Source: Flavihumibacter sp.
GTDB taxonomy: Bacteria; Bacteroidota; Bacteroidia; Chitinophagales; Chitinophagaceae
NCBI GenBank assembly: GCA_047605345.1
Contig: JASGFZ010000001.1
Coordinates: 1-49,925, forward strand
Direction: 5' to 3'
Length of the DNA stretch: 49,925 nt
Numbering within the stretch: the first letter of the stretch is position 1; each line of letters begins with the position of its first letter. Below the pieces are notes generated by a model. It searched no databases, was not told the DNA's origin, and saw only the letters and a list, made by a program, of their open reading frames with translations. The translations under genes were made by a program, and so were the position numbers. Of this stretch, positions 20,101 through 29,440 are shown piece after piece.

Positions 20101-20233
20101 AGGTTGTTTGTTTGGGGTCTGCAATTCCGTTCACCGGAAAAGTCGGTTGTGCCTGTACGATAGTTGCCGAAAAAACCAGGGCCAGCAGCGCCTGCCATTT
20201 TCGGCTACCCGTACACCGGGAAAATTTTCTCAT
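17162..20233 (-). CDS. Secreted tandem (double-domain) amidohydrolase-family protein
   Basis: 1023 aa; domain 1 YPSFIDLYSD...GSLENGKIANF; domain 2 GIIDEHSHI, KFALGENVK, HILEGYK, INSDD and GSIKVGKDADLVLW. Confidence 0.88.
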   Translation of the reverse strand: MRKFSRCTGSRKWQALLALVFSATIVQAQPTFPVNGIADPKQTTYAFTNATLVVAPGTSLQQATLVVKEGKVIAAGTSVSIPKEAMVVDCKGKYIYPSFIDLYSDYGLAPVARPSRANWGAPAQFTSNDKGAYGWNQAIRTTVDAVSAFTTDDAKAKPLRDIGFGTVLSHVKDGIARGTGVVSTLAGEKENKTILREQAAAFYSFSKGSSTQSYPSSLMGTIALLRQTFIDAKWYQNNAAKEGVNLSLQAFSKNLSLPQVFEGNDKWADLRADKIGDEFGVQFIIKGGGNEYQRINDIKASKATYILTLNYPQAMDVEDPADARFVSLADMKHWELAPGNPAAFEKAGIPFCLSAADLKETKQFLANLRKALAYGLSETKALEALTKTPATTLGIYNQVGSLENGKIANFLITSGPLFDEKTVILQNWVQGQRYMVNNDTWSPVAGQYELTLNSTTKYTLDVKSAGSAKIVGKDSIDAKFSSDGKIVRISFPEAKGSKKTIRLSGIDNDGSWQGTGDDAAGNKVLWTGTLLKAGAPAADAAQKKPVGELGKVTYPFNGFGWDSLPAAKSLLIKNATVWTGEAEGKLEGTDVLVKNGKIAAIGKNLSDAGAQVIDGTGKYLSAGIIDEHSHIAVQSINEGAQSVTSEVRIADNLNPEDINIYRQLSGGVTTSHILHGSANTIGGQTQLIKLRWGANAEGLKFAGADPFIKFALGENVKRSSSAQNNRFPDTRMGVEEVLMDAFTRARDYENAIKAASGTAGKKGVAVDPFSVVRRDLELDALVEILNKKRFITCHSYVQSEITAALRVADRFGFPFNTLTHILEGYKVADKIKAHGANASTFADWWAYKMEVVDAIAYNAGIMHKMGINVAINSDDAEMARRLNQEAAKIVKYSGVSEEDAWKMVTINPARMLHVDDRVGSIKVGKDADLVLWSDNPLSIYAKSEKTIVDGIVYFDRERDRQLAAALSAERNRLVQKMMGEKKAGMPVAPARASMEIMQTCSEHYHKHGLLVMDAIDYENNQSN

Positions 20234-20307
20234 ACGTGTAGTTTAAATGCGTGGGCCGAATTTAGCCAAATGGACTAACTTCGGGCAACCGAATTTTAAC
20301 CCTGGCA

Positions 20308-20982
20308 ATGAACCTCGCTCCGTTTATCGACCATACTGTACTAAAACCGACCACTACGATCGGTGAAATTGAAAACTGTTGTACCGAAGCGGCCGAACAT
20401 GGATTTGCAGCGGTATGTGTGCCGCCGCCCTTTGTTAAAAGATCAGCGGTGATCCTGGCGCCTACTGACGTTAAAGTAGCCACGGTGGTGGGCTTCCCCT
20501 TTGGCTATTCGGCCACCGAAGCCAAAGTGGCCGAAACCATCCTGGCGGTGGTAGACGGCGCCCACGAGATCGATATGGTCATCAACCTGATCGCGCTGCG
20601 GCAGCAGGACTGGGCCTATCTGACCAAAGAAGTGCAGCTGATCAGGGAGGTTTGCCACAACAAGGGCAAACTGCTGAAAGTGATTATTGAATCGGGCATC
20701 CTGAGCGATGAAGAGATCATCGCCTGCTGTGAAAAGCTGGGGCCATTGGGTATTGATTACATGAAAACCAGTACCGGCTATGCCGAAAAAGGCGCCAGTG
20801 TGGAAGCCGTGGCCCTGATGAAAAAGCATTTGCCCGAAAACGTGAAGATCAAGGCTTCGGGCGGCATCAGGGATTATGCTTTCGCCAAAGCCCTGGCAGA
20901 TGCGGGCGCCAGCCGATTGGGCTGCAGCGCCAGCATCGCGATTATCAAGGGGGCGCCGGCAAACGATGATGCCGGTTACTAA
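20308..20982 (+). CDS. deoC: Deoxyribose-phosphate aldolase
   Basis: IDHTVLKP, TVVGFPFG, EIDMVIN, KVIIESG, KTSTG and KASGGIR. Confidence 0.96.
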   Translation: MNLAPFIDHTVLKPTTTIGEIENCCTEAAEHGFAAVCVPPPFVKRSAVILAPTDVKVATVVGFPFGYSATEAKVAETILAVVDGAHEIDMVINLIALRQQDWAYLTKEVQLIREVCHNKGKLLKVIIESGILSDEEIIACCEKLGPLGIDYMKTSTGYAEKGASVEAVALMKKHLPENVKIKASGGIRDYAFAKALADAGASRLGCSASIAIIKGAPANDDAGY

Positions 20983-21102
20983 AACAGAAAGGGTCGTTAT
21001 TTAATGGCTTGAGCAATGCGCTTGCCAACTTCCCTGCCTGCCCTGGCATAACATCTTTGATGCTAATTGTTTCCGCTCTTTTCAGTAGCTTCACCCATAG
21101 TT

Positions 21103-21534
21103 ATGAGGAGACCCGTATTATTTATGCTGGCGCTTTTTACCAGCGTGGCTGCTTACAGCCAGGCCGACAGCAATTCGGTAACGGTTAAAAAAGATCCGCG
21201 TCTTGACCAGCTGGTGGCCAAGCAGATCGAGATCAACGAGTTTACCACCCGCGAAGCCCGCAGCAATGTACCCGGTTTCCGCATACAGGTGGTGAATACC
21301 ACCGACCGCGCGCAGGCCATCCAGGCAAAAACAAAAGTGTACCAGAAATACCCCGAGCTGAATGCCTACCTGCTGTACCAGTCGCCCTATTTCCGGGTAA
21401 GGGTCGGCAATTTCCTGACCAGGAAAGATGCCGAGGCTTATCTTAAAAAGCTGAGTAAGGATTTCAGCCAGAATATCTACGTTGTGAACGATATCATTGA
21501 GACCAATCCCGACAAAAGCCAGGATCAGGACTAG
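21103..21534 (+). CDS. Secreted SPOR-domain (peptidoglycan-binding) protein
   Basis: Signal peptide, then GFRIQV...YQSPYFRVRVGNFLTRKDAE. Confidence 0.82.
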   Translation: MRRPVLFMLALFTSVAAYSQADSNSVTVKKDPRLDQLVAKQIEINEFTTREARSNVPGFRIQVVNTTDRAQAIQAKTKVYQKYPELNAYLLYQSPYFRVRVGNFLTRKDAEAYLKKLSKDFSQNIYVVNDIIETNPDKSQDQD

Positions 21535-21538
21535 CCAT

Positions 21539-21546
21539 TATCTTTG
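21539..21546 (+). promoter_or_regulatory. -7 promoter element (TAnnTTTG), implying a leaderless or near-leaderless transcript
   Basis: TATCTTTG ending 4 nt before the ATG at 21551. Confidence 0.45.
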
Positions 21547-21550
21547 CCGA

Positions 21551-22729
21551 ATGAGTTTGTTGGAACGCATCAAAACACTGGCGGCCGGCTATGCCCCGCA
21601 GTTCATTGATATCCGAAGGCACCTGCATGCCCACCCGGAACTGAGCTACCAGGAATATGAAACCAGCGCCTTTGTGCAGCAGCAGCTAACGGCCATGGGT
21701 ATCCCCTTTTCGGTGATGGCAGCAACCGGTGTGGTTGGTCTTATCGAAGGTGTGGAGCCAGCCAGCCGCGTAGTGGCGCTGCGGGCCGATATGGATGCGC
21801 TGCCCATCGAAGAAGCGAACGACATCCCCTATAAATCGAAACGCCCGGGCATCATGCATGCCTGCGGGCACGATGTGCATACCAGCTGTTTGCTGGGTGC
21901 CGCCAAAATACTGGCTGAAACCAGCAACGAATGGAAAGGCACCGTAAAGCTGGTCTTCCAGCCGGGCGAGGAAAAGAACCCCGGCGGCGCGAGCCTGCTG
22001 ATCAAAGCCGGCGTTCTGGAGAACCCGGCTCCCTCGGCTATTTTCGGATTACATGTGCATCCGCAGCTGCCGGTGGGAAAGCTGAGCTTCCGGGCGGGCA
22101 TGGTAATGGCCAGCGCCGATGAATTGTATATCACGGTGAAGGCGAAAGGCGGCCATGCGGCGGCCCCGCATACAACGGCCGACACCCTGCTGGCGGCTTC
22201 ACACATCGTGGTGGCCCTGCAGCAGGTGATCAGCCGCAACTGCGACCCCTTCCAGCCCTCGGTATTGTCGATCACCTCGATACAGGGCGGCCATACCACC
22301 AATGTCATCCCCGCCGAAGTGAAGATGATGGGCACGTTCCGGGCCATGAACGAAACATGGCGCTTCCGGGCCCATGAACTGATCAGGCAAATCACCGAAG
22401 GCGTTGCCCACAGTATGGGCGCTTTGGTAGACCTGCACATCGACGTGGGTTATCCTACCGTGTATAACAACGAAGCGCTGGCGGTGCGCGCAAAGGCGCT
22501 GGCGGTCGGTTATATGGGCGCCGAAAATGTGGAGGAAACCGAATTGCGCATGGGCGCCGAAGACTTCGGGTATTATTCCCAGAAAATACCCGGCTGCTTT
22601 TACCGGCTGGGGGTCATGAATGCAGCTGCGGGGATCACCTCAGGCGTACACACCCCTACTTTCAACATCGATGAGCGGGCCATCGAAACCGGCATGGGCA
22701 TGATGGCGCTGTTCGGATCACAGGCGTGA
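21551..22729 (+). CDS. M20D-family amidohydrolase (N-acyl-amino acid amidohydrolase-like)
   Basis: RRHLHAHPELSYQE, LRADMDALP, MHACGHD, FQPGEE, GGHAAAPH, GAEDF and HTPTF. Confidence 0.92.
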   Translation: MSLLERIKTLAAGYAPQFIDIRRHLHAHPELSYQEYETSAFVQQQLTAMGIPFSVMAATGVVGLIEGVEPASRVVALRADMDALPIEEANDIPYKSKRPGIMHACGHDVHTSCLLGAAKILAETSNEWKGTVKLVFQPGEEKNPGGASLLIKAGVLENPAPSAIFGLHVHPQLPVGKLSFRAGMVMASADELYITVKAKGGHAAAPHTTADTLLAASHIVVALQQVISRNCDPFQPSVLSITSIQGGHTTNVIPAEVKMMGTFRAMNETWRFRAHELIRQITEGVAHSMGALVDLHIDVGYPTVYNNEALAVRAKALAVGYMGAENVEETELRMGAEDFGYYSQKIPGCFYRLGVMNAAAGITSGVHTPTFNIDERAIETGMGMMALFGSQA

Positions 22730-22789
22730 GCGTATAAAAAATGCCGGCTCGGGGAAAGCTCCAAATATATTTCCGCTAAATTTACCGCC

Positions 22790-25122
22790 ATGAATACAGC
22801 ATCCAGAAAATCGGAAGCGCTTGAATACCATGCCAAAGGGCGGCCCGGAAAGATTGAGGTAAACCCTACCAAAGAAGCCAAAACCCAGCGGGACCTGTCG
22901 CTGGCCTATAGCCCGGGCGTAGCCGAACCCTGCAAAGAAATTGAAAAGAATCCCGACAATGCCTATACCTATACCGCCAAGGGCAACCTGGTGGCGGTGA
23001 TCAGCAACGGAACCGCCGTACTGGGGCTGGGTGATATCGGCCCCGAGGCCTCCAAACCGGTAATGGAAGGAAAGGGCGTACTCTTCAAGATTTTTGCCGA
23101 CATCGACGTATTCGACATAGAGATCGCCGAAAAAGACCCCCGGAAATTTGTTGAGATCGTTAAGGCCCTGGAACCCACTTTCGGTGGCATCAACCTGGAA
23201 GACATCAAGGCGCCGGAGTGTTTTTACATCGAACGCGAGCTGAAAAAGCAGCTGAACATACCGGTGATGCACGACGACCAGCACGGTACCGCCATCATCA
23301 GCTCGGCCGCCCTGCTCAACGCCCTGGAGCTGCAAAAGAAAAAAATCGAGGCTGTGCGCATTGTGGTCAACGGCGCCGGAGCGGCCGCCATGGCCTGCGT
23401 AAAGCTGTACGTAAGCCTGGGGGCGAAATACGAGAACTTCATCATGTTTGATAAAGACGGCGTGCTGCACCGGGAACGTACCGATCTCGGGGAAGACAAA
23501 ATACCCTTCGCCGTAGCCGATAAAAACTGGACGCTGGAGAAAGCCATGGTGGGTGCCGACCTCTTCCTGGGCCTGAGCGTGGGCAATGTGGTTAGCACCG
23601 AAATGGTGCAGTCGATGGCGAAAAACCCCATCGTATTTGCCATGGCCAACCCCGATCCGGAGATCACCTACGACAAGGCGGTAGCCGCGCGCAAAGACAT
23701 TATCATGGCCACCGGCCGCAGCGATTATCCCAACCAGGTGAACAATGTGCTGGGCTTTCCGTATATATTCAGGGGCGCATCGACGTACGGGCACGCCAGA
23801 TCAATGAAGCCATGAAGCTGGCTGCCGTGCGGGCGCTGGCCGAGCTGGCCAAAAGCCCGGTGCCTGATCGTGAACCTGCCTATAATGAAAAAACATGTTT
23901 TCGGTCGGTACATCATTCCCAAACCGCTCGACCCGCGGTTGCTGAAACGGTAGCGCCGGCAGTCAAAGGCGGCCATGGCAGCGGGGTGGCCACTGGCCTC
24001 GATCACCGACTGGGATGCTTACCGGCTGGAGCTCAGCAACCGTCTCGGTATCGATAACCAGTTGATGCGGGTTATCGGTAGCAAGGCCCGCCGCGATCCC
24101 AAGCGACTGGTGTTTGCCGAGGCCGATAACCTCAAGATACATGAAGGCGGCCGCCATCGCCTACGAAGAAGGCATCGCTTATCCCATACTGTTAGGTGAT
24201 GAAAAAAAGATCCGGCGCATAGCTGCCGACAGCAAGATCGACGTGAGCGATTTCCCCATTATCGATCCGCGCAGCGACGAGCAGGAAGAGAAACGGAAAC
24301 AATACGGCGAACTCTTTTTCGGCAAACGACAACGTAAGGGCATCAACCGGTACGAAGCGTTCAAGATGATGCGCGACCGCAACTATTATGGCTGTATGAT
24401 GGTGGAAACCGGTGATGCAGACGCCATGATTTCGGGGCTGACCCGTAACTACGATGAAACCATCCGCCCGGCCCTGGAGGTGATAGGTGTGGAAGAAAGC
24501 GTTAAAAGATCGCAGGCATGTACCTGCTGATGACAAAGAAAGGCCCCTGTTCATGGCCGACACCACCATCAATTTCAATCCCACCGCCGCCGAACTGGCC
24601 GAGATCACGCTGATGGTGGCAAAGGAAATCCGGAATTTTAATATGGTGCCGAGAATCGCCATGCTGAGCTATTCCAATTTCGGCAGCAGCGCCTCACCCG
24701 AAGCAAAGCTGGTGGCCGAAGCGCGCCGGCTGGTCAAAGAACGCAATCCGTCGCTGATCGTAGACGGTGAAATGCAGGCCAATATCGCTTTCGATAAAAA
24801 GATCATGCGCGAAAGCTACCCGTTCAGCGAGCTGGTAGACCAGGATGTAAATACCCTGATCTTCCCGAACCTTGCTGCCGGTAACGTGGCGTATAACCTG
24901 TTGAAAGAAGTGGGTGGCGCCGATGCCATCGGCCCCATTCTGCTGGGTATCAACAAACCCGTTCACATCCTGCAGCTGGGCAGCAGCGTGCGCAGCATTT
25001 TCAATATGGCGCTGGTGGCTGTTATAGATGCACAGATCAAATGCGGGCAGGCGTCGACACGCGACCTGGTGGAAAAAAGCGACTGGTGGAAAAGAGCCAG
25101 GAATATATCGGCAGACGTATAA
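22790..25122 (+). CDS. maeB: NADP-dependent malic enzyme with C-terminal PTA-like domain; multiple small indels at ~23770-24550, likely low-quality consensus
   Basis: [53 protein letters not shown], then [31 protein letters not shown] and [10 protein letters not shown] spread over shifting frames. Confidence 0.92.
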
Positions 25123-25144
25123 TTTATGACCGAAGTGGAGCAAT

Positions 25145-25882
25145 ATGAAATTTGTTACTGAGTTTGGCCGTTACCTGTTAATGCTGAAAGGCATGTTTTC
25201 CAAACCGGAGAACAGGCATGTTTACTGGAAGGAATTCATGCACCAGTGCAATGATATCGGTATCGGATCGGCCGGTATCGTGGTGATCATTTCCTTTTTT
25301 ATGGGCGCCGTATCTACCCTGCAAACCGCTTACCAGATGGTAAGCCCGGTTATTCCCAAATCAACCATTGCCCAGATCGTGCGTGATACGGTATTGCTGG
25401 AATTCGCTCCCACCCTGGTATGTATTGTACTGGCCGGTGTGGTGGGCAGCCGCATTGCGAGCGAACTCGGCAACATGCGCGTGAGCGAGCAGATCGATGC
25501 GCTGGAAATTATGGGTATCAATTCCAAAACCTACCTGGTGGCACCCAAGATTGTGGCTGCCCTGCTGGTGATTCCGCTGTTGATCGTATTGAGTGCGGGG
25601 CTGGGTATCTGGGGCGGATGGATTGCCGGCAAGATGTCGGGCATCCTTTCATCGAACGATTTTCACCGGGGGCTGTTGGGCAGCTTCCAGCCTTTTAACG
25701 TGTATTTCATGCTGATCAAAGCCTATGTATTTGCCTTTATCATCAGCAGTGTACCTGCTTTTTACGGCTATTATGTAGAAGGAGGCGCCCTGGAAATCGG
25801 CCGCGCCAGTACAAAATCGGTGGTGGTAAGCTGTATATTGATATTGTTTTCAGATTATGTGCTGGCGGCAATACTGCTTTAA
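25145..25882 (+). CDS. mlaE: MlaE-family ABC transporter permease
   Basis: LEFAP..LAGVVGSRIASELGNMRVSEQIDALEIMG and GGALEIGRASTKSVV. Confidence 0.92.
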   Translation: MKFVTEFGRYLLMLKGMFSKPENRHVYWKEFMHQCNDIGIGSAGIVVIISFFMGAVSTLQTAYQMVSPVIPKSTIAQIVRDTVLLEFAPTLVCIVLAGVVGSRIASELGNMRVSEQIDALEIMGINSKTYLVAPKIVAALLVIPLLIVLSAGLGIWGGWIAGKMSGILSSNDFHRGLLGSFQPFNVYFMLIKAYVFAFIISSVPAFYGYYVEGGALEIGRASTKSVVVSCILILFSDYVLAAILL

Positions 25883-25885
25883 TTA

Positions 25886-25942
25886 TTTGAGGTTTGAGGT
25901 TTGAAGTTTGACGGCTTCAAATCTCAAACCTCAAACCTCAAA
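25886..25942. repeat. Inverted pair of TTTGAGG heptamer tracts (hairpin) between mlaE and mlaF
   Basis: TTTGAGGTTTGAGGTTTGAAG...CTTCAAATCTCAAACCTCAAACCTCAAA. Confidence 0.85.
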
Positions 25943-25950
25943 CATTTTTC

Positions 25951-26760
25951 ATGATAGAAGTTAGACACCTCAAAAAAGGTTTCGGCGACAAGCTGGTGCT
26001 GAAAGATGTTTCGGCGGTGATGGAAGAGGGCAAATGCAATCTTATCATCGGGTCGTCGGGCAGCGGAAAAACCGTGCTGATGAAATGCCTGGTGGGCTTG
26101 TTTCAGCCCGACAGTGGTGAAATCTATTACCATGGGGAAGAGTTTACCGCCATGAGCGACGAAAAACGGAAGGAGATCCGGAAAGAGATCGGCATGCTGT
26201 TCCAGGGCTCGGCGCTGTTCGACAGCCAGACCGTAGAGCAGAACGTACAATTCCCGCTGAATATGTTTACCAGCTGGACCACCGCCGAAAAGAAAAAAAG
26301 AGTGAATGAGGTACTTGACAGGGTGGCACTGAAAGACGCGCACCGGAAATTTCCCGCCGAGATCAGCGGAGGCATGAAAAAAAGGGTGGGCATTGCCCGG
26401 GCCATCGTGCTGAACCCGAAATACCTTTTTTGCGACGAACCCAACAGCGGGCTCGACCCGCAAACCTCGCTGGTGATCGATAAGCTGATCAAAGAGCTGA
26501 CCGACGAATACAAGATCACCACCGTCATCAATACCCACGATATGAACAGCGTGATGGAGATCGGCGACAAGATCATCTATATGTACAAAGGCGAAAAAGA
26601 GTGGGAAGGCACCAATAAAGAGATCATTTTCAGCAAAAACCAGCGGCTGAACGACTTCATCTTTGCCTCCGAGTTTCTGCGCGACGCCAAAGACATGCGG
26701 ATGCTGGAACAAACCGGCAGGATCGATAACAACCGAAATATGGATGAGCTGATCAAATAA
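25951..26760 (+). CDS. mlaF: MlaF-family ABC transporter ATP-binding protein
   Basis: GSSGSGKT, MLFQGSALFDS, ISGGMKKRVGIARA, DEPNSGLDP and THD. Confidence 0.92.
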   Translation: MIEVRHLKKGFGDKLVLKDVSAVMEEGKCNLIIGSSGSGKTVLMKCLVGLFQPDSGEIYYHGEEFTAMSDEKRKEIRKEIGMLFQGSALFDSQTVEQNVQFPLNMFTSWTTAEKKKRVNEVLDRVALKDAHRKFPAEISGGMKKRVGIARAIVLNPKYLFCDEPNSGLDPQTSLVIDKLIKELTDEYKITTVINTHDMNSVMEIGDKIIYMYKGEKEWEGTNKEIIFSKNQRLNDFIFASEFLRDAKDMRMLEQTGRIDNNRNMDELIK

Positions 26761-26765
26761 TTCCC

Positions 26766-26773
26766 TAGTTTTG
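26766..26773 (+). promoter_or_regulatory. -7 promoter element (TAnnTTTG) for sucD
   Basis: TAGTTTTG ending 23 nt upstream of the sucD ATG. Confidence 0.55.
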
Positions 26774-26796
26774 CCCCGATTCCAAAACAAATCATT

Positions 26797-27669
26797 ATGA
26801 GTGTTTTAGTTAATAAGGATTCCCGGATCATCGTTCAGGGATTCACCGGTACAGAAGGTACATTTCATGCAACCCAGATGATCGAATACGGATCGAACGT
26901 AGTGGGCGGCGTAACGCCTGGCAAAGGCGGCACCCAGCACCTCGAGCGGCCGGTTTTCAACACCGTGGCCGACGCGGTAAAAGCGACCGGCGCCAATGTA
27001 TCGATCATATTTGTACCGCCTGCTTTCGCAGCAGATGCGGTTATGGAAGCAGCTGATGCGGGTATCGAGCTCGTGGTTTGTATTACGGAAGGCATCCCGG
27101 TACAGGATATGGTGAAAGCCAAGAATTTCCTGCTGGGCAAAAGCACCCGCCTGATCGGTCCCAACTGTCCGGGGGTGATCACTGCCGGCGAATGTAAAGT
27201 GGGTATCATGCCGGGTATGATCTTCGAAAAAGGCCGTATCGGCATCGTATCCAAGAGCGGTACCCTTACCTATGAAGCGGCCGACCAGCTGGCCAAAGCC
27301 GGATTGGGCGTAACCACGGCCATCGGTATCGGCGGCGACCCCATCATCGGCACCACTACCCGCGAAGCGGTGGAACTGCTGATGAAAGATGCTGATACAG
27401 ACGCCATCGTGATGATCGGCGAAATCGGCGGCGGTATGGAAGCCGAAGCGGCCCGCTGGGTCAAGGAGCACGGCACCAAACCGGTGGTAGGTTTTATCGC
27501 GGGGCAAACAGCGCCTCCCGGCCGTCGTATGGGGCATGCCGGTGCGATCATCGGCGGCGCCGACGACACAGCAGCTGCCAAGATGAAAATCATGACAGAA
27601 TGTGGCATTCACGTGGTGCAAAGCCCGGCCGAGATCGGCAAGCGCATGGCCGAGGTGATGAAGAAGTGA
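26797..27669 (+). CDS. sucD: Succinyl-CoA synthetase alpha subunit
   Basis: [36 protein letters not shown] and RMGHAGA (phospho-His). Confidence 0.98.
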   Translation: MSVLVNKDSRIIVQGFTGTEGTFHATQMIEYGSNVVGGVTPGKGGTQHLERPVFNTVADAVKATGANVSIIFVPPAFAADAVMEAADAGIELVVCITEGIPVQDMVKAKNFLLGKSTRLIGPNCPGVITAGECKVGIMPGMIFEKGRIGIVSKSGTLTYEAADQLAKAGLGVTTAIGIGGDPIIGTTTREAVELLMKDADTDAIVMIGEIGGGMEAEAARWVKEHGTKPVVGFIAGQTAPPGRRMGHAGAIIGGADDTAAAKMKIMTECGIHVVQSPAEIGKRMAEVMKK

Positions 27670-27688
27670 TTTGATTGAAATGATATAC

Positions 27689-27720
27689 AAAGCCGTCCCG
27701 TTATCCGGGGCGGTTTTTTA
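27689..27720 (+). terminator. Intrinsic terminator after sucD
   Basis: AAAGCCGTCCCG-ttatc-CGGGGCGGTTTTTT. Confidence 0.7.
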
Positions 27721-27799
27721 TTGTAGTAAAGATTCAATCGGGGAAATAAAGGGTGATTTCACGGTTTTCTGTCAGCGCCGGGAATACGAATATTGTGAA

Positions 27800-28276
27800 A
27801 TGCTTGGCGGTTATAGATTTCACTACAACAGTTCTTCCGATATATACAGCTTTGACAGTGTAGGCACAAAAGGAATTGTCAGGAAGATAGTGAAATTCGA
27901 CCGGCTTCAGGACGACCTGTTTAATGTGTGCCTTGCTGACCTTGACCCCCAAACCGGTTGCATTTCCGATTCGGTTACCACCAATAACGGAGACGCCGAC
28001 CTGGTGCTTTTAACGGTGGCGAGCATAGGTCTGCATTTCATGGAAAAACACGCCGGATCAGCCCTGTTCATCCAGGGCAGCGATGCCAAAAGAACACGCT
28101 GGTACCAGATGGGTTTGGCACGAAACTGGCGGTTTATTGAACCGAAGTTTAAGTTGCTCGGCTATAAGGATGAAAACTGGGAACCTTTCAGGAAAGGAAC
28201 AAATTATATAGCATTTTATTTGGAAAAAAGACTAAATTGGCAATATGGCACAAAAAGATCCAAAAAAACCAGGTAA
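27800..28276 (+). CDS. DUF6934-like protein
   Basis: YSFDSVGTKGIVRKIVKF...FNVCLAD...DSVTTNNGDADLVLLTVA...GSDAKRTRWYQMG...WEPFRKGTNY; start at 27800 chosen because the longer ORF runs through the sucD terminator. Confidence 0.72.
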   Translation: MLGGYRFHYNSSSDIYSFDSVGTKGIVRKIVKFDRLQDDLFNVCLADLDPQTGCISDSVTTNNGDADLVLLTVASIGLHFMEKHAGSALFIQGSDAKRTRWYQMGLARNWRFIEPKFKLLGYKDENWEPFRKGTNYIAFYLEKRLNWQYGTKRSKKTR

Positions 28277-28427
28277 AGCTGTTTTTCCTGAAAAACAGTG
28301 TTTGGATAACGATCCTTTCTTTGTAAAAAAGAGATTGGCTGCCATTGCTTTTCTTGATAAAGCCGGGTATCCGCCTGCCGAACTGCTAAGCGGGCAAAAG
28401 GGCAAAGCCGGTATGCATAAGAAGTAA
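28245..28427 (+). CDS. Small basic hypothetical protein overlapping the DUF6934-like gene
   Basis: 60 aa, LDNDPFFVKKRLAAIAFLDKAGYP; followed directly by a terminator. Confidence 0.6.
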   Translation: MAQKDPKKPGKAVFPEKQCLDNDPFFVKKRLAAIAFLDKAGYPPAELLSGQKGKAGMHKK

Positions 28428-28442
28428 ATTTTCTGAATATTG

Positions 28443-28470
28443 AAAAAGGGAGCGAAACGCTCCCTTTTTT
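28443..28470. terminator. Intrinsic (bidirectional-type) terminator
   Basis: AAAAAGGGAGCG-aaa-CGCTCCCTTTTTT perfect stem. Confidence 0.85.
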
Positions 28471-28594
28471 GTTGGTGGCTATGTGTAATACCCATGGCGT
28501 GAAGAAGCAAGGAAGGCTTGCCTGCATGAAAATTAAAATTTGATTAATCGTCCTGTTTGCGTTAGCTTGGTTTTACCAACCTAACCATGAGAAA

Positions 28595-29020
28595 ATGAAA
28601 CAGTTTTACCTTGCTATCCTATGCCTCCTTTCCTTTCGGCCATTTTCCCAACCGTCCACGCTTTATTTCTCTTATGACGCTTCCGGCAGCCAGATTATGC
28701 GCAATACAGTCTGCGTCAACTGCCGCACAGCAACTGCCGATGCAGTTGCCATTGCTTCGAAAGCGGAACCAGATGCATTTACTGCATCGCCCAATCCAGT
28801 CGACGGTCTGCTCCAGGTACGATGGGTACGCGATGTAGCCAACCCGCTGCAACAACTTCAATTGCATAGTGTTACCGGTCAACTGCTGCTGACACAACCA
28901 GTGAGGAGCGCCAAAGAGCAGCTACAACTGAATTTCTCCGGCTATCTTCCAGATCTATCCTTTTTGACTGGTGTAAGTGCCAACGGAAGCGTCAATATTA
29001 TAAAGATCATCCGGCATTAA
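28595..29020 (+). CDS. Small secreted protein with T9SS type-A C-terminal sorting-like domain
   Basis: Signal-like N-terminus, FSYDASGSQIMR..CVNC, then ASPNPVDG.L.V...L.SVTGQLL...IKIIRH. Confidence 0.7.
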   Translation: MKQFYLAILCLLSFRPFSQPSTLYFSYDASGSQIMRNTVCVNCRTATADAVAIASKAEPDAFTASPNPVDGLLQVRWVRDVANPLQQLQLHSVTGQLLLTQPVRSAKEQLQLNFSGYLPDLSFLTGVSANGSVNIIKIIRH

Positions 29021-29090
29021 CGATTGCCTGCGGCTTCTCCGTTTCACCTGCCATTACCAATGGCGATGATATAGAAAAATGGATTAGACA

Positions 29091-29440
29091 ATGATAAACC
29101 CATATTATTATCTATACTATAAACTCTACAGATTCTCGAAAAGAATGGGCGTAACAGATGCTGCCTGGACGGCCATGTTACTGTTTTACTCTACTTTAAT
29201 ATATCGCCTATCATTTTCTGGCTTTTCCCGATAAAAAAAATATCAGTCCTTCCCGTTTGGGTAGCGGCACTAGCAATAGCCACACCCCTATTAGCCGTTA
29301 ATTATTTTATCTTCTTAAAAACGGATAGGTATTCAAAAATTATCGAACATTTTAAAGAAGAAGATGCCGCAACCAAAATACTCGGGGCTATTTTAACAAC
29401 AGCATACATCGCAATGAGTTTATTTTTAGCACACCTTTAA
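29091..29440 (+). pseudogene. Frameshifted small multi-pass membrane protein, paralog 1 (orphan immunity-like)
   Basis: MINPYYYLYYKLYRFSKRMGVTDAAWTAMLL // LLYFNISPIIFWLFP...NYFIFLKTDRYSKIIEHFKEE...AYIAMSLFLAHL*; not in the ORF track, translated by hand. Confidence 0.72.
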
